From Antedon mediterranea (lineage: Eukaryota; Animalia; Echinodermata): a stretch of 64,000 bases of DNA. Shown in pieces: positions 1 through 12,344 of this stretch. How positions within the stretch are numbered: the stretch's first letter is position 1; each line of letters starts with the position of its first letter. The DNA lies in NCBI RefSeq assembly GCF_964355755.1, contig NC_092673.1, positions 30,377,648 through 30,441,647 on the forward strand, in the 5' to 3' direction. Both the position numbers and the translations under genes were made by a program. The notes below the pieces were generated by a model that was not told where the DNA came from, ran no database searches, and saw nothing but the letters and a program-made list of their open reading frames with translations.

Positions 1-19
1 TTAAGAATACGGGCGTTAG

Positions 20-1319
20 TATCTGTATTGACAATGATGATTAAGTCGTGATTGTATTGTATCAACAATGTTGTGAACGATTCTATATATACATTGTATT
101 TTTAGTAAGTTCCACGAAGAACCTGTTAGCAAGAACACTGGTTCCTTTGTAACTAACGACAATATCCTGTTTTGAGAATACCTACACAATTTTAACAAAT
201 CCATGTCTATTCAATTTTTTTGTAAATACCTACTTTCAATTTTGAAAAATAATCCCCAAAGATATGAGAGTCAGTACCGTTATTCTAGTATCTGGGTTTA
301 GAACGGCGCTTAACGGGTCGAATACAAGGCTTGTCATATATTATTGAAAAGCTAATCATGATAATTTTATCGTATTTTCACTGCCACGGTTTGTAAAATG
401 TAACTTACCAAAATTAAAGAAACTTTATAAATTAAATCGTTGATAGACCATTTGGTACAAACGTTATAATTGTCTGATCTTCAATAAACGTAATTGTGTT
501 TTACGTTTTAACCCACACCAAACTATAACGTTTTAAAAAGTATAGGCCTATCGTGTAAATATTTTGCTTCCAGTCAGTTAGTCAATTAAATGATTTTGTT
601 TGCCACGTTTTGGGTATTTCCTAACAATGGGTAGGTTAGTAGGAATTTCTTTTCCAGACCAAAGTGGTGTTACCGGCAAAAAAAAATATACACACAAATG
701 ATGCAAAAAGTCTATATTTTATTTAAAAAACACTTTTCATGTTTTCTTTTTATACCACCTAGGCCCACGCTAGCTATAAATACCTTGTTTCGCAAAAAAG
801 TGTATTAAATAAAGATAGGCCTAGGTTGTTTAGGCATATGCTAATAGGGCTGCTAGTAGCTAGGCCTAGTGTAGCGAGTGTTTTGTTAGTTAGACCAATC
901 TTTATAGCGAATGGCTTATGTAACACTACGGATCTGTATTGGCAATAGTGATGATTAAGTCGTGATTGTATTGTATCAACAATGTTGTGAACGATTCTAT
1001 ATAGGCCTACACATTTTATTTTTAGTAAGTACCACGAAGAACCTGTTAGCAAGGACACTGGTTCCTTTGTAACTAACGATAATATCCTGTATTGAGAATA
1101 CCTACGAAATGTTAACAAATCCATCTCTATTCAATTTTTTTTTTATAAATACATACAGTACTGAAAAATAATCCTAAAGATATGCGAGTCAGTACCGTTA
1201 TTCTAATTTTGGTATAACAAGATTAATATCTTAGCGTATCTGGGTTTAGAACGGCGCTTAACGGGTAGAATACAATGCTCGTCATATATTATTGAACAGC
1301 TAAAACGATAATTTTATTG
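20..1319. repeat. Direct duplication of a ~350-390 bp non-coding segment (20-372 and ~932-1319)
   Basis: Both copies share long near-identical runs (tgattaagtcgtgattgtattgtatcaacaatgttgtgaacgattc...gtatctgggtttagaacggcgcttaacggg...gataattttat). The paired short ORFs 16-204 and 774-1124 reflect this duplication. Confidence 0.85.
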
Positions 1320-1617
1320 CCCATGATACCCAGCCATCAAACACGTCAAAAGTAAAAGTAAAACTTTGATGTTAAATCATAATAATTTAATACATTACAC
1401 ACATGAAAGCATGTTATCAAAAACCTGACTTTCGTCTAAATGATCCAGTTATTGTGAACAAAAAATGTATTAGTACGTATTAATAAACAATTAAATGTGC
1501 CGTATTTTTAAATCAGAAATATGTTTTTTTCTCTTTCTTCTGAAAACGAAATATTGATTTTAACGGAAATATGTTGGGAGGATTAGTGTCGATTAGGTCA
1601 CATACCCTTACATTTAA

Positions 1618-1693
1618 CCAATCAACAGGTGAGAAATGATTCAAATGATCAACCAATTAGAAAACTAAGGGAGGGGCTATTTGATGTATATAA
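1618..1693 (+). promoter_or_regulatory. Pol II core promoter: two CCAAT boxes, GC-box-like GGGAGGGGC, TATA box
   Basis: CCAAT at 1618 and 1653, gggaggggc at 1669-1677, TATATAA at 1687-1693, followed by a short non-coding exon ending at a strong donor CAG|GTGAGT (1794/1795). Confidence 0.7.
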
Positions 1694-1856
1694 GCTCCGT
1701 TTTGCCATAGTTGTTGCTAACACTTACTAAGTTCCTGACCACCAGTGAAAGCAAGACCTGACGATTTTATTCAATCATCTCTATCTTTATACAGGTGAGT
1801 ACATGTAGCAGAATTAAAGGTGCCAGCGACTACGAGCAAGTAACTACGATAAAGAC

Positions 1857-1973
1857 TTTTTAGTCGTGTGGACGCGACTCTATTGTTCACTATGTCGGTC
1901 GGTCTGTCGGTCTGTCTGTCGGTCCGGTATCACTATGCATTTTAGCACGCGACTTATGGCTGTTGGCCTTGTT
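1857..1973 (+). mobile_element. Short Helentron-associated (HINE/DINE-1-like) element
   Basis: T-run, subterminal repeat agtcgtgt/acgcgact at 1862-1879 with acgcgact again at 1947-1954, (GTCK)n microsatellite at ~1894-1925, 3' ggc...gcc hairpin then ttgtt. Confidence 0.6.
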
Positions 1974-2278
1974 ATTTTATATTTCTACGTGCAGTAAGCC
2001 TATAGGCATATTGATTGTTTATTGAATCTTCTCTTCAAAAGTTGTCATCGTCGTATAGTAATGTACTTATTATTAATTTCTATTTGGAAAAGTTACAGTT
2101 CTTTATACATGTACATGAATAAGGCCGAGTTTATATTAATTTTTATTAATCTGTATATAAATTTACGTAGGGGCAAAATTCGGTAAATCGCGCGTTCCTT
2201 CCTAACATATGAGCCCTTGGGGAATAAACCTAAAACCTTTAGATATAGTATTGCAATCTATATATAAATTATGGTTAA

Positions 2279-3624
2279 CTAGATGGTACGCTCGCTTCGC
2301 TCGCGTACCATCGAGGTCGTGCCCACAGATGGTTCTCGAATACACAGTAATTTCAGCGTGACAAAACTGGCGATTTCAAATGTACGTACCGCAGGACTAC
2401 AATACATTGTCGTTTACAGAAACGAATAAATAGACACGATGATTTATGTAGTCAACTAAAATTAGCACCCTGGGAATTACTTCCGAAGGAGAAACTTATC
2501 ACAAAATGAAGTCCAAATTTTTGATTTGGACTCATTTATTAAAGAAACCCAATTTGTGTTTTGTATGTAACATTAGGGTTGAGGGATGGGAAAGCGGATA
2601 GGTACAAAGAGGAACCATTTTTAAATATATTCTTTATCCACTCAGTAACGAAATATTTTGTTCATGTTTTATAGGCCTATAAATAATATACCTCTAAATA
2701 CAGTAAATCATTTGCGATTTAATACTTTGTTAAAACTGTCACTGTCATAATCGATTGAAATATTAAAGTACATGTCACGATACACCACTACGATGCTTAT
2801 ATTATTGGTAATTATTAATTAATACAAACGTTGAGAAGGAACTGTCACCCGAACTGTCAGTATAAAGTTTATTTGTATATAATAATGTGTTTATATATCT
2901 AACAGTAGAGCCTAACCACAATCTCAGTAATAAAGTTTATTTGTATATATTTTTATATTACATCTAACAGTACGAACATTCACAGTAAGAAATGTTCGAT
3001 TCAAATGAGGACCAAAAATAGTTAATAGGTATTTACAGTATTGTCAAAGTATTGCAAGTTTATTCTCAAAGGGCCCATATATTTAACTACCGTATGTGTT
3101 AAACCAAGGGCTCATAAATTTACCTACTTGTGTTAAACCAAACTCTGGCAGACTGAGAGATTGGGATGTTCCATTCATCGCAAATCAATACATTTGTATA
3201 ATCGTTTATTAAATCTATCAAAATAGTATTTTTTTAAGAAAATCGGACTGTCTTCAACATTATGATGCTGTACTCTAGCTGTTCAACCAGTTTTCAGCTA
3301 TTAAAAACAATTATCGTAGGAGGAGATAGGAAAATGCGAAGCCTCCTCGCATTTTTGTGGCGGGTATTTTTCAAGATGGACATCCATTAGACAGTGTATA
3401 CCACGATCGGAAAACACCCCTATTTGGGGCAAATCGTTGAACCTAAATTCGTTTTAATCGTCAATAACTAATTATCTAACTTAATTTAATTAGTAAACAG
3501 GGTTACATCAGGTGGTTAAAATCAGTACCCAATGTACGAACCAACTTTATATACCATCGAGTAAAAATTCTAGAAGTAAGGCGCGATTTACCGAATTTTG
3601 CCCTTACGTAAATTTATATATAGA
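2279..3624 (-). mobile_element. Non-autonomous Helitron (copy 1)
   Basis: On - it begins A|TCTATATATAAATTTACG and ends with a GC-rich hairpin (gatggtacgc...gcgtaccatc) plus CTAG|T, inserted at AT with no TSD. Homologous to 24234-25676 and ~53843-54819. Confidence 0.75.
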
Positions 3625-4312
3625 TTCTGACATAGGCGAGCACAATGGAAAAACTTCGGTACTAATCTCCGCCTTGGATACCTACCTTATGTATCTCAGA
3701 TGTACCGAGAAACGTAGATTTGATAACATTAGTTTTCAGTACTACGCTATTGTTCCATATTTCTTTTTTTAGGAAGATATTATAAAGGGTTTTATGAGAA
3801 ATTTTCTGATTTCAATCGGTAAATTTTAACTCTACGCGCGGTAGCAGTAATTTCCGGGTTTATGGTAAGGTGTGTCATTACCTTGCAAGTTCGTTGCATG
3901 GTTGGTTTCCACCAGGGAGTTGTAAAACAACTCCCTGTTTCAACTAAGCTGGCCGTTGGGCTTGGTGGCGAAAGCAATTTTGGTTTTTGGTTTATTTTCG
4001 GACCGCGCGTGTGAAGGTATAGTACGGTAGTAAATAAAGATCAAATTAAATATATTCATAAAACATAGGAGTAAATTGTGGGAGTAAGCTGCCAGGACTT
4101 TATGTACACTGCGCGCTATCTGTGCCCCGTGAGGACCCTGGGATACTTCTGCTTATGTTGCAAGCCGTCTATAGCGTCTTCCATCTTAGGCCAAAACGGC
4201 TAACTGTGTCGCGGAATAATGTATTAAGTATACCAATTAGAATGGTATTTATTTGAATAAACGCCCGGAACACCTCCACAATAAAACGGCAATTAAAATG
4301 ATTATCGCCACT

Positions 4313-4602
4313 CCCGACAGTTGCTTCTCAACGTTTGTTTTAATTAATAATTACAAAAAATATAAACGTCACAGTGGTGTATCGTTACATGTACTATTCC
4401 AATCGACTATGACAGTTTTAACAAAGTATTAAATCGCAAATGTTTTACTGTATTTAGTGGTATATTATTTATAGGCTTATAAAACATGAAAAAAAACCCC
4501 GTAATTTCGTTACTGAGGGGATAGAGAATATATTTAAAAACTGTGTACCCATCCGCTTCACCATCCCTCAATCTTAATGTTACATACAAAACACAAATTG
4601 GA
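4313..4602 (+). mobile_element. Inverted internal fragment of the same Helitron family
   Basis: Reverse complement of ~2550-2848 (e.g. ttaacaaagtattaaatcgcaaatg; taatgttacatacaaaacacaaattgg). Confidence 0.65.
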
Positions 4603-4883
4603 CTTACTGTGCTTTGCGCAAGAACTCTTCATATAGTGTATAATTATGCTCATCCTGTTTACACACATGCCGGTGTAATAAAACTGAAAGTCTGCCATAA
4701 CTGAGCGTCCGCCTGGGCATGGATACCTTTTGTAATGGAATGAACGATGACCTTGTGGAAGAGCAACAATATTGTTCATGTCGTACATTACACCTTTTGT
4801 GGTGTCAGATAGGCAGGCGGACAATTAGTTACATTTATAACAGATAATAATCACATACATTTATTTCATATTTTCAGAGCACC

Positions 4884-5856
4884 ATGGCTGCCATATCAGC
4901 TGCTTTTTCAGGGCAAACTGCTCAGTTTGATAGTGTTGTAGTTACCAAGACAATCCATTGGAAACAGGGTTCCGTGTTTGGGTTTGGGGGAGATCGCTCC
5001 CAAACATACAGGGAGTGTCACTACAAGATGAGCAATGGAAAAATCATAGTTGTTTTCGTCCAATCGGATTGGGATATTCCGAAGCCTCTCCAGCTTGACA
5101 GCAAGCTCCAGGTAAGGACATCTGTGTATTTCTCATCTCTTTCGTCTATACCTGTTCCTATGGTTCAATCTTAGCCAGTCATAATTATTTTCATCCAGCC
5201 TTTCCAACCTACATCGCGTGACCATAACAGGCCGTTCTCTTCGTACAAAAAATTTGAAATCTAAATCTGTTTAATTTCAAACTAATTGGAGACCACTAAC
5301 CTTAAAACTAGCAATGCCTGGCCGACTTGACTGCAATAATGCGATAGCTATCGTGGCTATGGCCATTTTTGTTCAACTCTCTTGCAATACGTGCAATTCA
5401 TTTGGAGGACTGAAAAACTGTAAAAACTACCAAGTTAAAATATATCCTTCTTGAAATGCTGCTCCGGTTTTCAAAGAATTGCCGTGGTGTATTCACAAGA
5501 CGAAGAGATGACTCGTATATACAGTTTTAATAGAACGTTGGCTAGCCATCATAAAACAATATTTACCATTGTGTATAATTTGCGGATAGTGTCGTGGCAC
5601 AATAGAGCAATGGGGGACATTCTGTAGCCTAAAAATCATGCATTTATTTTCGTTTTAAATTTTTCAGTACGGATTGAACAATGGGAACATTTTCTTTGTA
5701 CTCCACGGCAAAGAACAGACGCCCTACCAGCATCGTTTCGAGATGAATCCTATGCAGACTGGACTGTTCTATGCCAACGAAATTCTCAAACAAATCAAGG
5801 GTTACGACGCGTCATGGATTGCCGGCGACTACCTCCACAACTTGTTAAGCAGCTAA
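4884..5856 (+). CDS. 138-aa protein of unknown family; coding exons 4884-5111 and 5668-5856 (non-coding exon 1 ends at 1794)
   Basis: Acceptor ttttcAG|agcaccATGG (good Kozak), donor CAG|GTAAGG at 5111/5112, acceptor tttttcAG|TAC at 5667/5668. The phase-0 join gives a continuous ORF MAAISAAF...KLQ-YGLNNG...HNLLSS*. AATAAA at 6076 and 6084. Confidence 0.75.
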
Positions 5857-6372
5857 ATCACGGTTCGGCCGCGGTATCCTGCTCATTTTTCACCCTTAAT
5901 TTGAACTTTAGATAAAAACAATGTTTTAGCCTTATCACTTTTTAAATTTAATTTTTAAAATTTTTTGTGTTTTACTCTTTTAGCACTTGTTTTACGGATT
6001 TTCTTTTTTTACTATATTTTAGCATTTTTATACTGTTTAAATATTTTGAACTGTATACAATAATGTCTTTGACTAAATAAATGAATAAATAATGTGAAGG
6101 CCTTAGACAATTAACAGTTTGAATTTATGGCACAATCTTAAAATGATTTGACATTCTCAAACTTTTAAATCTTTTAATTGAATGTTCGATTATCCATCAC
6201 ATTACATTTATTTTCATATCAGACACTTTAGAGATATATTTAGATAAAATACATTTTAAAAATACTTTATCGAATAAAAAAAAACAAAAATCGATGTGTA
6301 CTGGTTTATGACCTGATAAATAATAGAAAACATATTTTGCAATAGTTCTCACCATTATTACACTCGGCAAAA

Positions 6373-8568
6373 ATGTTCCTGCACAGTGAGTCAAGTATCT
6401 ACTATCTGGATTATAAAATATTGGCTCACATTCTAGCTAATAGGTTACACAACGTTATAGGTTCCATTATAAATGAAGATCAAAAAGGTTATATTAAGAA
6501 AAGGTTTGGAGGAGAAAATGTAAGACTGGTAAACGACATACTAGACTACACAAAAGCAAAAAGTATGACAGGTGCTATTGTTTTTCTTGATTATGCGAAA
6601 GCTTTCGACTCAATAGACAGAATACTGCTGTTTAAGGTTTTAAAACTCTTTGGTTTTGGAAATTCATTTATCAAATGGATAAAGGTTATGTATAAAGAAA
6701 CAGAATGTGTCATAGTAAACAACGGATGGTTGTCAGAAAAGTTTAAAATGGAGTGTGGTGTGAGGCAAGGCTGCCCATTATCTGCTTTGCTATTTATTCT
6801 GGTATCAGAAATAATGGCAGTAAATATCAGAAATAATTCTAAATGTATAGGAATTACGTTACCTAATAGCAATGACGATGATGATAATATCGTTAAAATT
6901 GCTCAATTAGCGGATGACACCGTAATTTTTTCACATGACGAAGGTAGTTTAAAATATTTCTTTAATGAGATTGAGTCTTTTTGTAGTGTTTCAGGGTTAA
7001 CATTAAATAGAAAAAAGACAAATGGTATGTGGATTGGTGTAAACGAAAATAGTGTTTCAAAACCATTAGATATTACATGGACTAGTGAACCTGTTAAATT
7101 TTTAGGAATCCATATAGGTTACAATAAGCATTTATGTGAAAAGAGAAACTGGGACAAAAAAATTACCAACCTAGAAAACGTATTAAATTTATGGAAAAGA
7201 AGGAATCTTACCTTTTTTGGTAAAATAACTATTATTAAAACACTTGCATTGTCTAAGTTTATATATAACGCAAGTATAATTGATGTTCCCAAAGATATAG
7301 TTAAACAAATAGAAAAACTATTATATACGTTCCTATGGGGAACCAGAAGGGAAAAGATAAAGAGAATAACCTTAATTAAAAATATTAAGGAAGGTGGTTT
7401 AAACATGCCAGATATTAGCTCTGTGGTTGAATCACTTAAACTGAATTGGGTCAAGCGACTGTTAAGTCCAGATCCAGGTAAATGGAAATGCATACCAAAA
7501 TATTTCCTTCACCCAATTGAATATACAATAAAAAGTACTAAACTTAATGTACATGATCATGCTAACTTGAGAGATATGCCTACATTCTACAAGAACATGA
7601 TTAATGCTGTTGTAAAATTTAATAATATTGTGTATTCAGAACCAACAACTTTAATAGAAATAAAAAATCAACAACTATGGGAAAATAAGTTTATACTATC
7701 TAACAATAAATCATTGTACTTCAAATCATGGTTATATTCTGATTATAAAGTAATTGGTGACATATTTATAAATGATAGAGTATGTACCGCAGGTGAAATA
7801 ATCTCAAATTTATATAAAAAACATAATGGTTTAATCGAATATTTACAGCTTATGAATGCCATACCAAATGGGTGGAAAGAAATTATTAGAAAAGACAATA
7901 CAAATAATCAAGATGTAGGTAATAATGACTCATTGTTGCATAAGAACATTAAAGGATCTATCTACTATAAATATTTTATAAACAAACGTTCCACGGAACC
8001 AGGTTCACAAAGAAAATGGGAATGTGAGCTAAATAACGTAGAAATAGATTGGAATAAAGTATGGTATTATAAGGTATACAAGATGAAACATATAGTTAAA
8101 GTTGCTCAATTCAACTTTAAACTCTTACATCGAATATTACCGTGTAAAAAAAGATTAAAATTATGGAATTTGGCAGAAAATAATTTATGTGACAATTGTA
8201 TAAATCAGATAGAAAGTGAACAGCACATGCTGTTTGAATGCAATGCCATTCAATGGACATGGCACAAATTTAAAGGTGTGCTGGCTAATTGCTTTCCAGC
8301 TGAAGATAATATTACATGGTTTAAAATTGTTACAGGAACAAAAAACAATATTGTAAATGAATTGATTTCTATGTTTTTATTCTGTATATACAAGGTACAC
8401 ATAATATCCAATGGTGGAAGAAAAGATAAAGATGATAAAAAAAAGATCTGGATTCTTTTCACTGCTGAAGTTAAAAATCTAATAGAAAATGAACATATGT
8501 GTAACTTCATTAAGGCACAACGTAAATGGGGTGCAAAAAAGGAAACTCTGTTACAATTGATAGCATGA
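6373..8568 (+). CDS. LINE ORF2 remnant: reverse transcriptase plus C-terminal CCHC (zf-RVT); endonuclease missing, ATG at 6373 comes from flanking DNA
   Basis: Motifs DYKILA, LDYAKAFDSI, GVRQGCPLS, QLADDT, KFLGI, GGLNMPD, CDNC...EQHMLFEC; uninterrupted from the 5' truncation point (6407) to the stop. Confidence 0.9.
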   Translation: MFLHSESSIYYLDYKILAHILANRLHNVIGSIINEDQKGYIKKRFGGENVRLVNDILDYTKAKSMTGAIVFLDYAKAFDSIDRILLFKVLKLFGFGNSFIKWIKVMYKETECVIVNNGWLSEKFKMECGVRQGCPLSALLFILVSEIMAVNIRNNSKCIGITLPNSNDDDDNIVKIAQLADDTVIFSHDEGSLKYFFNEIESFCSVSGLTLNRKKTNGMWIGVNENSVSKPLDITWTSEPVKFLGIHIGYNKHLCEKRNWDKKITNLENVLNLWKRRNLTFFGKITIIKTLALSKFIYNASIIDVPKDIVKQIEKLLYTFLWGTRREKIKRITLIKNIKEGGLNMPDISSVVESLKLNWVKRLLSPDPGKWKCIPKYFLHPIEYTIKSTKLNVHDHANLRDMPTFYKNMINAVVKFNNIVYSEPTTLIEIKNQQLWENKFILSNNKSLYFKSWLYSDYKVIGDIFINDRVCTAGEIISNLYKKHNGLIEYLQLMNAIPNGWKEIIRKDNTNNQDVGNNDSLLHKNIKGSIYYKYFINKRSTEPGSQRKWECELNNVEIDWNKVWYYKVYKMKHIVKVAQFNFKLLHRILPCKKRLKLWNLAENNLCDNCINQIESEQHMLFECNAIQWTWHKFKGVLANCFPAEDNITWFKIVTGTKNNIVNELISMFLFCIYKVHIISNGGRKDKDDKKKIWILFTAEVKNLIENEHMCNFIKAQRKWGAKKETLLQLIA

Positions 8569-9243
8569 ATATAGTCTGTATGAAGTGTTTTTTTTTTTCA
8601 TGTTTTCTAAAATGCAATATGTTTTGTTTATTTCCCAATTACAAATTGTATACAGAAGTAGAAGTAGTATTATAATAAGATGTCATCGGGTATGAAGCGT
8701 CTCACATACACACAGAGCCAAAATGGCATCTTGGACTTGCACGGTGTATGGACTCTAACCTTACGGTTTTCATTTAAATATTTCATTCCACTCTATCATC
8801 CTTATCTAGTTTTCAAACTTTTGCATTCCTTTTTTTTCATCTCATCCTTTTTGTCTTGGTGAAAAGGGAGGATATTTTATATTCCTCCTCTGAGTTTATA
8901 GCCTCTCTACCAGAACATGAACAAGATTTTATAAGTACGTTTTTAATGACAGTTCATAGACTTTTATTACCATCTTTTATCTTTATATTTTAATTAACAT
9001 CTTTTTAAAATTGTAAATGAAAGCATGGTTATTATATTGAAATTAATCATCTTTTTATGTAAATATGCCTACTTTTTAACTACTTGTTAACTTGTAACAA
9101 TCTTAGTAATATACAACAGAAATAGAAATATTCATACAAATAATTATTGCTACAATGTACCTTTATTTTATATATAATATATATACATATAAATCTGAGA
9201 ATTATAATAAAAGTGGGAAGACCCCACACAAGACAAAAAAAAA
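6407..9243 (+). mobile_element. 5'-truncated L1/Tx1-clade non-LTR retrotransposon with poly(A) tail and 14-bp TSD
   Basis: TSD AAGTATCTACTATC at 6393-6406 and 9244-9257, A-run just before the 3' TSD, AATAAA near 9207, RT ORF inside. Confidence 0.9.
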
Positions 9244-9313
9244 AAGTATCTACTATCCAAAAACTACTCAACCGAATCGCTTAGTTTAAAAATTCAGAAC
9301 ATACCATGACATA

Positions 9314-11081
9314 CTAAATACATTTAATAATAATGTAGTTATTGTTTTATGATAATGCTTTTAGGCTTAGTTGACCAAAACGTATGGGGCAGAAGAAATG
9401 AAAATGTACATATTTGCCCTAATGTTTAGGACACGCAAGGGTATTTTTTTTTTATCTTTTGTGGTTAACCACCACCTTTATTCATTCAATGTTTCATAAA
9501 TGACAATTACAGAATCTCTAAGCATTTTCTACATTTTTTCGTTATTTTCTTATTTTTATCCTCTTTAATATTAATAATAATTTTAATATATTTTGGCGTA
9601 TACGTAAGTACCCAATGTTTTCTTAATATATATATTTGTTTTGTCTACACGCAAGGGTATTAATATAATGTTTTGGTTATGAATGTGAAACATTATGAAA
9701 ATTGTTTTCCTTGGCAGGATAGTCGCATCTAAAATGCAGATAAAAAACATTTTCAACATAATATATTGCAACATTTAACTTAAGTAAAACATTACATTGA
9801 ATTTATATCGTTTAATAATTATATACCGATACGGTATTGGTTTTTGAGTTCGGATAGTGCTTAAAATAAGCAATAGAAATCTTACCAGATGATGCCGTCG
9901 TTTTTAGTATTCCATTGAGGACCTTGCCGCTTTCGTTTACTATTTCAAAAAACTTTTTGACGACGACTAGATTCAACGACTAAAATAAAATAGATATTAA
10001 GTGTACCACGAACCCATAATTGCATCATTCGAAAAAACAAGTAGTCGACAACAAGTCTTATCTTATATTGCACAATCCACCGACGTCGACTTCCATTTGG
10101 ATTTTGTCCCCTATCATGTTAATATCCCAATATTATTAGAAAATATCCAAAATCTTTGTACCATGAGTATTACAGAGTAGAACTGGAAGTTACTATCTTA
10201 GTTCAATATTGCTAAAATGTATTATTGCCTATGCGTTTTACTTACTGCAATAACGTATGCTTTTAGGCAGTCACTGCAATAAACAGTGTGTATGATTACC
10301 TCAAAATTAACTTTAAAATGACAAACTATTGCAGTAAATATACAGTACAGTGATTTCAACATGGTCACTTACATTTAGAGCTGATGCTTTTAACCGTACT
10401 GATGAACTGCATGATATTCTCTCCGATAACTAAACGATTAAAAAGAATAGATAGACAATGCATTATTTCATCATAGTATTTTTATAACTTCATGTTCACA
10501 GTGTCCAGATGATTTTCAGAAATGTTGGTATAGATTTCTTAAATTTGCTTACAAATTTCAGCATTTTTTCCTGGAAGCTAAAAGCTCAATTATTATGCTA
10601 ACATTGGATATGTTGTGTTAAAACTATATTTAGGGCAACATGTACTTATTTCTATACCATCATGGTAAGATCTTACCGGAAATTTGTTTCTATCAATAAA
10701 GATACTCACTAGTCCTTATACTTACATTTAGTAATATTGACTGCCTCTCCATCTTTTTTGAAAAAGGCCACAACTTCTTCTGTGAAGTTTGTATGTAGAT
10801 TTTAGGATTATTTTGATATCTCTCTCGAACGTCTTGCATATTATCAAACATGACATTATCTTCTTCTATCAGTTTGTTTGCTTCGTTAGCTCATTGACTT
10901 AATATTTCAGCTGTAATTAAGGCACCAGACCCGCATTAGAATCGGCGTCCCAACACCAAGAGTTGCGATAGATATGCCTAATCCAACCAATCACACTCAA
11001 AATGCCACCGACGACACTGAAGACCCAGTTAGCTTGGCAATATTCGCCGAGTTTCTATGATTTCTGACTCTCTCAACAATG
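9314..11081 (-). pseudogene. ApoL-like pseudogene fragment (copy 1)
   Basis: Colinear with 12627-14191 (exons and introns; encodes NIAKLTGSSV...). Several deletions and frameshifts; upstream part replaced by a LINE fragment at ~11082; final exon absent. Confidence 0.75.
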
Positions 11082-11310
11082 GACATCCTAAAAACTGTAA
11101 ATAAGCCTAAAATTCGTCAGGATCCCGATCACCCTCTAAATAAATTCTTTAAGCTTAGCCAAACTGATTCAAAACACTAAATGTTGCCAACAATCATTTG
11201 TCTATAATTCAATTCACGTATTTAATAGCAATTTTGTAATCTACTATTTGCTAGGTACATCAATAATGTATATAATTATAGTGTTTATTGAGTAAACTCA
11301 AAATAGACAA
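11082..11310 (+). mobile_element. Degenerate 3' fragment of a LINE
   Basis: Translates to KIRQDPDHPLNKFF-like ORF2 C-terminal sequence; abruptly interrupts ApoL copy 1. Confidence 0.4.
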
Positions 11311-12344
11311 ATTGACTTACCAGTAATGTGTTTTCTATACGATCGTTTTCCAAGACAGAACAAAAGTTATTCATCTCAATTCAATTCCATTAAAAAAACT
11401 AAGCTACATTTTACAATGCGTTTATGATATTCTTCGTAATGACTACCCTCGCAGGGCACATAAGGCACACACACACAACAACTACCATGTAAGTAAGAAA
11501 TGGTATACTCCACGCTCATCGGCGGCGCGAATGAATGACTAAACAGATTGACAATTACACCTGTAATACAGCTGCTAATTATGCATCAGGATGTTATGTG
11601 CCTAAAAAGATGCATGAGAACGATTAAATGTGGATTCCAAACATTGTTGTGTATAGATAAAAAGAGGATCAACAGTATGCCTAATTGTAATCAGCAAATA
11701 TAAAAATGAAAACACTCGGAAACTAAGTGAAGTACTTAGCGAAATATTTCCAAAGAGGGCGCATGTTGATATTTCGGGCCATGTTAAGTTTAATGAACCG
11801 ATTCCAGGCATGTTCTGTAAGTATATATAATTTACACCGAACAATTCAGAATAATAATTAAAAAATTTTAGGCGCTATACTTGGCAAAATAGAATTACAA
11901 CTTATCAATTAAAAAAAAGATGCCATGTACAAAATGATTGTTCTCCTTCGATTTATTATATATAATTTACAGTGCTGTACTCAATAATAACAGTGACAAT
12001 ATTTGTGTATCGGTATGTCTCAAAAGCCGGCATAACTTTTTACCTACTAGACCCTCACACGACATATTACTGACATTTGTTATATTGTTATGTCATATGG
12101 CACATTCCTCTCATCAGCCTCTTTTCAACCTACTGAAAATATTTAGTTGCAATAACCTATGTTGTTTGGGTTCAGATGTAAGACAAATTTTATCAACTTC
12201 GTTAAATCTAAATAATATTTCGAACAGAGATTACATCCTTTAGGTGGGAAAGAAAACAATTTTAAATGCAAGAAAAAAGCAAATAAATTACCTAAACCTA
12301 TGTAGTAAGATAGATTCCTTGAAATATTATTTGTTTTAGTTAAA

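Noticed and set aside
16-1124. Paired ORFs 16-204 and 774-1124 as duplicated genes
   Set aside because: By-products of a non-coding duplication; no splice signals or protein-like features, and frames diverge.
6591-8510. Minus-strand ORFs within the LINE
   Set aside because: Antisense shadows of the RT ORF.
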